Source: Lingula anatina
Taxonomy: Eukaryota; Animalia; Brachiopoda
Direction: 5' to 3'
Length of the DNA: 64,000 nt
Assembly (NCBI GenBank): GCA_051362555.1
Contig: CM120645.1
Coordinates: forward strand, 17,484,001 to 17,548,000
A program made the translations under genes and the position numbers. The notes beneath the pieces were generated by a model. That model made no database searches and was not told where the DNA came from. It worked only from the letters and a program-made list of their open reading frames with translations. Each line of letters begins with the position of its first letter. Positions within the stretch are counted from its first letter, which is position 1. Of the stretch, positions 12,441-23,162 are shown in pieces.

Positions 12441-15400
12441 ATATAAGGCAACATTGATCGCTTTATGTTGACGATATTTTATCAGAAGTATGCATTTCCC
12501 AGTGTAATGGCTCTTGGGTATATTCAGCTTGAAAACTTAAATGATTAATTATGTTACTTTTCTAGGAGGAAAGCATTTGCTCATAAAGGATTTGCTCATA
12601 AGATTATTCCAATCGTCCAAAGTCCTGAACGCGTTATTCCGTCGTAAGCAAAGCAAGATAACAAAGCAGGTAATTACTGGTACATTTACAGCCCCTTATG
12701 GGAACCTTTTTCATCTTACGACAGCGGCTTGTACAAATATATCCTGTTTATTAAAGTCAACTGACAATAAACGAATGGTTTTCTAGAGAACTAGCCGCGA
12801 CCAGGAAAGAAAACGTATATTTGTTTGGTAATGTCTACCTCCCTTGACTTTAATTTTCATGATTTCATTGACATTCCATCCTTGATATTATAATCTGAAA
12901 TAAAATACTTACATAAAGTAGGCCTACTTCATTTTAAAAAGCTGAACTAAAAATGCTAGCGTTTGGATAACGGAATTATTTAAGTGGGTAAATTGGAATA
13001 AAATAATTGGTAGAATCTTTCTTTTTCTGTCTATAAAAGTGCAGTGGCTTAAATAACCTAACTCTGTCACGTTACACCGGATTTTTGTTTTATGGTAAAA
13101 TGATCTATGAGGGCAAATATGCAATCTCCATCAAAGTACTTCTCGTGGAAAGGTATGGCTTGGCAAAGATAGATCAATTTAAAGATTAGTATGTTTACGT
13201 GAAACGGTGTGTACAGGGCTTACAGTAGTACTGGTGTCGTTGTTAAGTGTGTCATTGTATAGCACGTGTAGGTTCAATATACCGAGTACAAGAATATATA
13301 TCTATTCTTATAATGTGATTTTTATATCTCCCAATGCATTGTTTCTAGTATGTGGATTTTGTTTAATTTATTCCATTTTTCATTTACTTTCAGTGCCTCT
13401 TAACTACCGTTTATAAGGAGATTGGACGCACTCCCAGCAAACACATCAGATTCGTGTTCGCCAGCGCCAGCACCCATGTCAACGTTGTCTTGCGTGCCGA
13501 AGTTTGTCCTACAGTCAACTTGCAGGGTTGATAGTTGGTTTGATTTGAAATGTAAAGTTTGCTTGAATTTGTAATATTCAGCATCAATACGTGTATGAAA
13601 TAAAATGCAGCGTGTAACTAGTGTTTTGTTCATGAAACTTCATAAAATGGGCTAAATCCAAGCGTCAATCCCGCAAGTCGCTGGTTTATCATTATACATG
13701 TGTTAACAAGTTGTTGTACAGCACACTGTCCGCACATGATGTTTTTATTGTAATTTATATTTTTGTTTATACCTACCAGTTCGCGAACCTGAAACGACAC
13801 CTTTGTCTTGCTTTGCCTTTGCCTTGCTTAAGTGATGAATGAAAATGAATGAAATTGTTTTAAAATTATCACTAAGAGATGTCCGGGTAGAGCACTGGTA
13901 CGACCAGTTAAATGTTTGACTGTAAAATTATATGGGTGGGCAAATATGTAATAAGACGCTTCGTTATGCACTTGAAAATGCATCATTATTTATGTTAAAT
14001 TGGATACAAATATGTATTTTAATGAAGTTAACATTAGAAAAGAAAAATGCCTTGCGACTCCATTACGTAAAATGCTTACAGGAATCTTTTATTGTGGGTT
14101 CATTGGAAGAAATGAACGTGGTGTAAGGTTACGATAAACTGTAGCGCTATAAATAATCCAAATTATGACACTTAAGAATAAACGGTAGTATGAATTTGTA
14201 AAATGTGCTCAAGTTATTGCAGAACTGCCCACACGTATTGAAACGGGTCTTTCTAAAATTGCGAATGTGAATATGCGGTTATGACGGATGGTAAGAATAA
14301 ACTTCCTCTGGTTCCCGTTATTATGATTGATGTACTAGTACGGGTGTGTCTGATCAGTGACACACCCATAGTTTTATTGCTGGGAGGGTTTTTTCGAAAT
14401 TAATATGTTTTTGTTATTTAAGAAGGAAAAATTGACTTTTTGCCTTCATTAAAAAGCGGAAGTGTTAAATATTCACAAAGAGAAACAGTGAATTGTAAAA
14501 AATGTTCCCTTTTGACATTTTTGTCAATTAAAATGTATATGTAGGACTGGCATTTATCGCATCCTTTTACATGTTGAAATATTTTTATCAAATTCGTATC
14601 GATGACTACAGTTATTTCAAAGTTCTGTTTTGGGTGTTACGGGTATTTCCTACTGTAGTAACTGAACGAACTTTTATAGACCGCCAACTTTTGTTAATTC
14701 TCTAAAAAAACAAGAAATTAGATATTTATTGAAATAATACGAAAAGGAATATTTTCTAAAATCTACATAAATACAGGTACCTATTGTTATATTTGGTACA
14801 CTGTAGTTAAGTGTATGGTTTGGTCAGTTAATTGCCCATTTACTAACTTATCGTCTAAAAATCCGTTTTGTTTTTTTGATATTTTGTCTAATCAAATATG
14901 AAAAATCAAAATTTTATCAGAAAGATGACACTTTGATTGGTTACACTAACCTTTTTTCCAAAAATTGGAAGGTCATTGTTTCATTAATGTTGTTCTTGTG
15001 CGTAATTCTATTTTTCGGTCGTGATTGAAAACAAAAGGCCGGATAAGATGCCAGTCTTGCACGTGCTGTTGGGTTTGCTGAGTGTTTCTTGGTCACCGGA
15101 GACTATTGAGTTTATTAACATTTTTTGAGTAAATGAGCTCAGTTATTTTAAGTAAACTGTTTTCTTGCATAACGTTTTCAATTTTGTTTACAGATTATTC
15201 TTAAAATGGCTGTGACTGATAAGGTTGTTGTAAACTGACCATGTCTTCATGCTGTTCTTGATTCACACGACGCGTAAATTTAAGTGTTCACTCAAACTTT
15301 TGCTTCCAAAATGCTATTTTGAGATTTAAAGAGAAGCAAAAATGACGCAAAATATGAGGTACATATTCATTTATCTATGAAAAAAGCACTCATCAAATTT

Positions 15401-16014
15401 ACAGAATTGAATGTTTGACTGCTGTTTGGTGTTGTGTGCGATCATCAGGATGGTGGCATACAGGGTAGAGTAAGTTGTTGGGTCATGAATGTGTACCCGT
15501 GTGCGGGGGTAACGCTTACATGAGATCATGTGCATTTTGAATTTTCAAAATCGTTACAACCTTTGAATTTTGATAAAAATGCCCATCGGTGAAATTTTGG
15601 ATCAGTCAAGAGACAAATACACCAATGTCAACTTTGAACGATAGCTGTAAAACATATCACGTCAAATCTGTCTCGAAAGTTGGTTTTATGTAGAGCCAAA
15701 ATATAATGTTCGTTTTTGCATGTACATCTGTAAGGTGTAATTGCTTGTATTTGTTATAATAAACGTACATATATAAGTTGCAATAGATGTAGTTTCAAAA
15801 TGTGCAAATTGCTACCTGCTTATCGTTTTCTTCTTCAGCTCGACACGAACCTTTGGTTATCAGTTTGTTGGTCAGCCTTTTTTTTCTGCTTCTTGGCCTG
15901 TCGTCTTACCTATTCAGCCACTGGCTCAGTTTGCTTTACCGAGTAATTCGCATGATCCTCTTGTAGTAGTGTAAATTGTTTATTTGGGTTTATTTTTGCA
16001 AAAGGTAATTTGCT

Positions 16015-16222
16015 GGGACCTAGGAGCGCCAGGTATCGAAAACTGGCAACCTTCTGTCTCCTGGGCAAGTGCATTACCTACTCCTCTAAGTGTTCCAACC
16101 CACCCTCCTCGGGTAAACTTTCTTCTTATAGTAATCAAAGGAAATTTTTATAGCACCCCTTTGTAATTCCAAAGTGCCTGAGCCAGGAATCGAACCCCAA
16201 CCCCAGGTTACCACTGAGCCTT
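16015..16222 (-). mobile_element. tRNA-derived SINE-like heads (two A/B-box units)
   Basis: Minus strand GGCTCAGTGGT...GGTTCGATTCCTGG (16180-16222) and a second, more degenerate tRNA-like unit at 16015-16095; no complete cloverleaf. Confidence 0.55.
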
Positions 16223-18360
16223 GTAGCCTTCAGTAAAAACACTAAGACATTTTGTATATTCAATAAGTTTTTATTAAGAGCAAGTAATATTGTTATAATG
16301 TATCTATATATTCATTAAACATATACTTATAAAACTTCTTTGTCTTCAATCTTCTTATTACCATAAGGTTGAAGGGTTCAAGGATGTAAAAGAAAATTAT
16401 TGATCTCCGCATAAAGCCTCATTCAAAGGTGTAACAAACGTAATATTCTTGTCTATTCGACTTGACAAAGAAACTATCTACTACTCTACTGGTATAATGT
16501 ATGGTCTAAATGAAAAGAAGAACAAAATTTTCAACTTCTTCATTAAAAAAAAAAACAATGGTGGATCTTACCTCCAAACCCCCTTCCCCTGAGGAAAGTG
16601 ACCCATTTTGGATTCACATGATCAGGTCCCCAAAATACTCCAGCTTGCCCTAAATTTCAACATTTGACCTCTTAAAAATTCTGGATCAGTCAGTGTTTTC
16701 CTATATATAGCAATAAATAATTATGCAATTTTTATTAATTGCTCTTTTGAAACTTTGCCGCTTTTGAAAGTCCGATACGTAAAGCTGGTAAGTAAAAGCG
16801 TACATACTTCTATTGTTTGGCAAAAACGTACAACACCCAAAAGCAACACAGAGGTGCATTTAACATGTGTCAAATGTCAAAAAATAAAATTGAATAAATT
16901 AGAAGTTGTTTTCAATTCTTTAAAAATACTTGTTTATAGAACAAAATTCACAGCTGTCTCAATTTTAATTGAAGTTTTCCATGACTTTACATTAGATAAG
17001 GGGCCTTAAATTGTAACGTATGTTCCGGTTAACGTATGTTCTGGGCCATTTAATTCTAATTTTCATATCGCGTTCCGATATATTTTGTAGTGATTCAGTC
17101 ATGATGAATTATAGATGACGTAAGAATGTTTGAATAAATATTCAAACTGTAACTCAAGGGGCCTTGCGTCACGGCTAATACTATGTAACGTACGTTCCCC
17201 AGAAAAATTGATAGATAGTGTCACCTTACCCAAGTACTTGGTGCAATAGGTGCAATAAGTGCTTGGTGCATTTGTGACAGTAATGTATATTCCTTTTTGG
17301 GGTTAGACGATGATTTTTTATTATTATCCGTGGTTCCAGGAAAGTGACACTTTAATACAAACTTCTTCATGTGGGACCCTAAAATAATCAAACATTATTT
17401 GCAATCTATGCACTAAATATTTTAGGAGCATGTCTGTGACCTTATTTGCACCTCAGTATTGGGTTTGGGTGACAAACGTTTACATCGTTTAGCCCGCTAT
17501 TGACAAAACAGAATCAATAATAATCACTGCACTGGATAATGAAATAGAAGAAATTCCATTACAAAATTTATTAAAAATATAAACAACATGACGCTTATGA
17601 AAGCTTGACTAAAACCCAGGGACATATCACGATATTTCTAATATTTCCTGCGTCCGTTTTCAATTCGAAAAATCTTGTAACAAATGTTTTGCAACCTTCT
17701 GAACATAAATTGTTCTAAATACTAGAAAATATCCATGATCTGGTCGATATAATAAAAAATGCTGGAAAGAGAGAATTGCCGAATACAGTCATATTGGGAA
17801 AAAACTACAACTTTCAATCACACGAATAGTCCCTTCATCTTTACCTAGAACCTGTATTTGTTCAGCAAATTAACGTGCTTCAAAATACTTTTCAAAAACA
17901 AATGACAACAAACTAATCACCAAATGCCTAATACTGATTAGTTGATACGTTATATTGATTCAGTCGAAATTACGGTATTCGTATACTTAATATCTGGGCC
18001 GTCTTCTCTCCACTTCCGGATTGCACAGCACCGAGGAAGTGGCGTCTTCTTCCAGGCTGTACATCCCGTTACATTAATTGTAGGGGGAGGTGGCAGGGTG
18101 AAGTGACCGCCTTTCTTATATATATTCAACTTTTATATAACTTCATTTGTAATACACAACATTAGAAACACAAAGGAAGAATTTGTGTTTAGCATATTTC
18201 AAAATTTGCCACAAAAAAATTAATCTCAGATCCTAATCCACCCCAAATTGAAACGACATTATGTAGGTCGTCGGATATCTTGATATGACGCAATGTGGGC
18301 CTCTGATTTTAATATCTGAGCAGTTTTTTTGTCGTGTTTGACCAACTAGACCGTACGATA

Positions 18361-18374
18361 GCGCCATCTGGAGG
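18361..18374 (-). promoter_or_regulatory. CTCF-type motif CCTCCAGATGGCGC
   Basis: Close to the core consensus CCASYAGRKGGCRS; conserved in the paralog at 53315-53328. Confidence 0.5.
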
Positions 18375-19534
18375 AAAATACAAAAATACTGCAATCGGAA
18401 ACCTGGCAGCTGGTTTCAGATTTACAATTTTAGTGACATGGGATGTACAGCGGATTACAGTGATTGAATGTTTTAATTGCACAATGAAATTAAATTAGAT
18501 GGTTACAATACACATCTTCATATTCTCTCATGAATACATGCGTGTGTACGTGCGTGAGCGCGTTCTCTGTTGTAATTTTCGATTTACACCATACGGTGGG
18601 GATTTGTTATTAATAACGTAATAAGAGATTAACATAAAAGCTACATGTTATCTACAGAATAACCCAGGTAAACGTCTGTGAATATCTAGTGCAAACATCT
18701 CTCTGTGACCCTGGTAGAGAGTACAACAGTAAAAGGGGGGCCAAAATCCCCCTGACACACTCATGAATACGCTATTCAGCAACCGCATGTAGGTGCATCT
18801 CAGTGATTGGAGATTATGGAGAGGGATCTGGTGGGGTGGTTCTAGACAATTGTGTGTAATTTAATCGTCGATGAAGGGCATCCTGCTTAAAATTGAATTC
18901 ATTTGGTTTTCGATTTTATTGGTGTATCAATCTATTTTAGCTTTCTCTTCCCCTCCCTTTCCGATGCTTTTTTCTCATAATCTTTTAACTATCCACTGCA
19001 AATAATCAAACGCCTTTAATGAGCAAATGTGCCATCGGCTACCCTGTTTTGATTTTGATGCTGTCTCAACCATGATTGTGACGATCTCCACAAATATCAC
19101 CCAATTGTGTTAGTAAAGACTGAACATTAGATGGGGATGGGTGCACCTCCGGCTTGTGATGTACCCTTATTTTTAAATCTATTAAAATAGATATATCAGA
19201 CAAGGAAACAGATAACCTGAAAATCAGGAAACACCGTTCATTATTTTCGGACTTTGTTGTAGCACGTATAAGTAAACACAGAGTATATTTACCCCTGGAA
19301 TTTAACTTATAATGTGTAAAAGACCTATTTCACACGCACACATACATATACATTTTTTTAAATAATAAATACAAAAAACATAAGACCGCAAACAATCAAA
19401 AATTGCACGCATAATTCCCGACTAAATATATAAAAAAATTACCAAATATCTAATCCTAGATTTACTTTGTCGTATACGATGTCCGTACGGTGTACGTGTA
19501 TTGCCCTATGCCCCTACTCGTGCGGCGTCCGTTG

Positions 19535-19761
19535 TAAAGCCCCCTTTGCACTGAACGTCGTCCTTTCTGCGTCCCGTTGTTCGGCCCTGTTTGATAGTAA
19601 AAAAACAATAAAACTTTACGTGCCGACAACTGGCCGACCACACAGTATTCATTTTGCAACAAAAGAGATGCTTGTGCCCCTTTTTACGACCACAACGATG
19701 CCAGTTTCATGGTCGCACAAAGGACGCAGAAAGGAGGCCGTCCAGTGTAAAGGGGGTTTTA
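19535..19761. mobile_element. Harbinger-like MITE within a larger GC-rich repeat (~19460-20010)
   Basis: TIRs TAAAGCCCCCTTTGCACTGAACGTCGTCCTTTCTGCGTCC / GGACGCAGAAAGGAGGCCGTCCAGTGTAAAGGGGGTTTTA; related copy at ~42445-42885. Confidence 0.65.
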
Positions 19762-20504
19762 CTTGAAAGCCTCGGTCACAACCGGACGCACGAATTTCAG
19801 GATCGTACGTCCCCTGCGATTTTTGGGTGTTGCGGAGGCCGTGGAGGTCGTAGAGATAGAGGAAAGTCTGCCTTGCGAGTCGCAAGGGCCACATGAGATG
19901 TCCTTTCAAGCAGGGACGCTAATTGCAAGGAGCGATGGCCGTAGAAACTGTACTAATTTCTTGAGTTTGTCTCGCTTCCTGTGTACGTAGCTCGCGAAAG
20001 TAGTGCCCTTTTGCGTCAGTTTTGCGTTTTTAACCTCTTAATCTTTTAGCTAACCCAGAAACACAAAAAAATGAATGTGAGGCTAAGAAGCAATGTGCGA
20101 TTTTTGACGCTACATTTATTTATTTTATTTTTGCAAAAATCATGGGTGAATATGCCGATACCCTCAATGTTTTATATCTGTATGTCATTTAAAATATGCA
20201 AATCCATATTACATAAGTAAACAATGAAACAAATACACGAATGCAGAGAAAACGGAAAATAAAAACAATTTAATCAGCAATGTATAATTACTATTTATAA
20301 TCATATTTTTAACCATTAAAATTATCAACAAATGGTTGAACAGATCGTTAAATGTGTCCATAATCTTAAATAAAAATAGTTTTAATACATATAATACAGT
20401 GCTTGGTATCCTCACTACAAGGATGAGAGTGTAAAAAGTACGCACGACCTGTCACGTTTTACTTACGTTGTATTGTAAGTGTCAAACGCCTGGGATTAAA
20501 AAGA

Positions 20505-20800
20505 CAAAAGGAAAACCACACATTCGGTTGCAAATCAGTTGCAAAGCAGTCGGCGACCTGTTAGGTACCTGTTGGATGCCACAAGCAAGGAGAAACTCCT
20601 TGCCCCAAGTAGGGTTTTCGGTTGCCAGGAGGTTATAGGTGCTGCACTGAAAACCGGCGCAACCGGATATTAACCAAACGTGTATTTGGAAACCACTGCG
20701 AGTTGTTGCAACCGGTCGCCGACCCTTTTGCAACCAGTGACAGTTGCAAGTCGCAAAGAGGTTTTTTTGTTCAGTGTGACCGTAACCGCACAGGCCTTGC
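20505..20800. mobile_element. Palindromic MITE-like remnant rich in GTTGCAA/GGTCGCC motifs
   Basis: GTTGCAAAGCAGTCGGCGACC vs GGTCGCCGACCCTTTTGCAAC inverted pair; ends unclear. Confidence 0.45.
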
Positions 20801-21646
20801 GACCTCAAAGAGATGAAGTATTTAAACAAGAAAATATTAAAGGATTTTATAAGATTAATAAGGATTAAAACATATTCAAATCTATGTTTTTATTACAGCA
20901 CTCGTTAGGCGAGGGTGTAGTCTGTTTAAAAGTTCGCACAATATTGTTGGTTTGATTTTTAGGAAGTGAATTAAAGAAAATATGTTGATATCACAGCTAA
21001 AATATACGTGAATATTCAAGGCATAAATTATTGTTTAAAACACAATAATTGTTTTTATAAACTTGTTCGACTTTTATTAAAATTTGTTTGAATTACATTT
21101 ATATGAAGAAAATAATGTTCCTTCCCCGCATTGTTACTATGTGGCAGTAATTACTGTACTTAAATGTGATTTGCTTTTTTCTTGTTATTCCTCAGGAGTC
21201 TGATAATAATAAATGATAATAAATATCTTATCTGAAAATAATAATCTTAGATATAATGCAAAACTGTTTGTAATAAATACACTTAGTTCAAAAGAGTTTG
21301 AATTTCATATATATATTTAAAAAACCTTTAACAGTAATAACTGTGCTTGAAGCCTCTACATGAGATTGATTTTTTTCCTTTTCCTTCTTCTGCTGCTTTT
21401 TGAGGTTAAGGGAGAAGCACGTCGAGAAGTTGTCTAGGATCGATCAAGGACAGACCGAAAGAAGCCGAAACAACTGATGCTAGTCAATTTTAAATTTTTA
21501 ATAACACGTATTATATTAATACATATTTGCTCAATACAATATTGGACAGAAATTAATGGAAATTAAAAAGTTTTAGATAAAAGTTGTAGCATGTTGTATT
21601 TGCATTCTATCCTGGACGGTTTTAAAAATCCAATACTGTTTGTCAG

Positions 21647-22823
21647 GACGAGGTGTGACGGGTAGGAGTAGAGTATAATGACTTTACAGGGCTTACACAA
21701 AATGTAGAAAGCCAATCAATGAATATGACCTGTAAGAATTGACCTTGCCAATTGATTACGTACAAAATTGCGGTAAGGAGTGCCAGTGGCTAAAACTCTT
21801 TTGAACAACGACACTGTTGGTGTAGTGACACGATGACTGCACTTATGAAAAGCTGTAGCATGTAAGTGGTGAGCGGTATGAGATTAAGGGTTAAGGTCCA
21901 AAAAATGTGTGTGATTTGTTTGTTTTGTAGTTTATCGATTGCCTTCAGATGCTTGCACGTAGTGCATAAGGCGTGGAGACTATAAAACATCTTCGTTAAG
22001 AGCACTGAAAAACGCGTTTTGCCAACAATTTGCTCCTTATTCTGAACGGACTGGGTGGTTTGTGTTTAGTTGCAACAGCATATGCGGAAGTCAGCGAGTC
22101 CTGTACCCTGATGGTAAGATTTTGATACATTGGGCGTGGTCTATGTGTTGTTACATCAGTCTGGGCATAACTGTATAAAACTGTGCGGACCATTCCGTGT
22201 GACACATTAACCTGTCTGGCAATGTCCTTCTTTTTTGTGCCATCTTGGCACAGATTAACAATTTTGTGTAATACCAGTGCTTAACTCATTTTACGCACTA
22301 CAAAACCGGTCGCTTGCATGCAAAATTTTAAATTCTTTGGTGCAGTAGTTGCCGACATATGAATACTTATTTGACAGAACCATGCTTCGCCAAAGCCAAG
22401 CTTTAATTGTCCAGCCCAAAGGTGCACTACCCAATTAAATCACTGCATATTATACAATGAAGCAGTGCAACAGATACGGTATTCAGTTAATTGGTAGCGA
22501 CACACCTGACTTAACACCTCTCCAGTCAAATATCTTATATGTGATCGGTTTTTTTAAGAAGGCATTTTTACCAAGGTATACCTTTGAAACTGAAATACTC
22601 CATATTAAATGTCAAGTCTGTATATTTCGATTCAGGTTATTTCAAGGTTAGAGAAAGGGGGGTACGTTTTTCTAAAGTGTATCCCCATCCAGGATTTAAT
22701 CAAAGACACAGTGCTGTCCTCTGCTCCTTACACTGCTTTCCACCCCGACAGACGGCTGAACAACGAAATATCCACTGATGGAATATTTACAGTACATCAC
22801 TGAAACAGGAGGCGGTGTTTGAG
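21647..22823 (+). pseudogene. Two candidate degenerate upstream exons (21647-21772, 22636-22823) of the VWD-EGF-cadherin pseudogene
   Basis: AG/GT borders (tgtcag..G|gtaagg; ttcag..GAG|gtaatt). Phases 1-1 and 1-0 chain onto the phase-0 exon at 28238; both contain in-frame stops. Confidence 0.35.
21992..22620 (-). mobile_element. Truncated 5' part of a second Tc1/mariner copy, inverted relative to 23163-28230
   Basis: Reverse complement aligns with 23163-23779 and ends at the same TIR ...CATATTAAATGTCAAGTCTG|TA. Confidence 0.85.
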
Positions 22824-23162
22824 GTAATTACACCTGCGGTGCCACCTTAAATTTTGTTCCTGCATGTATTGAGTACAGTGGTTATTATATATATTGTAGC
22901 TTGCCGTTAAACTGAATAATGATATGGAAAACATATTGGTAAATACTTAAGCTACCGATGCAGCGAACTAATAATACAATGAATTTATTTAATTATATAA
23001 TGTGTTGTATTAAGGCTACGCACTAACTATTTATAATACACATGAACACATATTCTGGAATACATGTATGCACGCGGTACTCCATCCGCCTTCGCTTTGT
23101 ACAAGTTCTTTTCCTTTAGTATATAGTATATGCAGTGTATAAGACGAACATTTACCATTGTA

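Larger units (their letters stand above)
12015..18400 (+). repeat. Old segmental duplication, copy A (paralog of ~47140-53350)
   Basis: Collinear conserved blocks: 12200/47220, 12250/47472, 12566/47802, 13394/48677, 14215/49555, 15040/50015, 16000/51045, 17975/52965 and 18315/53270. Confidence 0.85.

Noticed and set aside
16015-16222. Functional tRNA genes (also 51060-51390)
   Set aside because: Only A/B-box remnants; no intact cloverleaf could be folded.
19462-20868. Cluster of short ORFs on both strands
   Set aside because: They fall in GC-rich palindromic MITEs, with no protein motifs or splice pattern.
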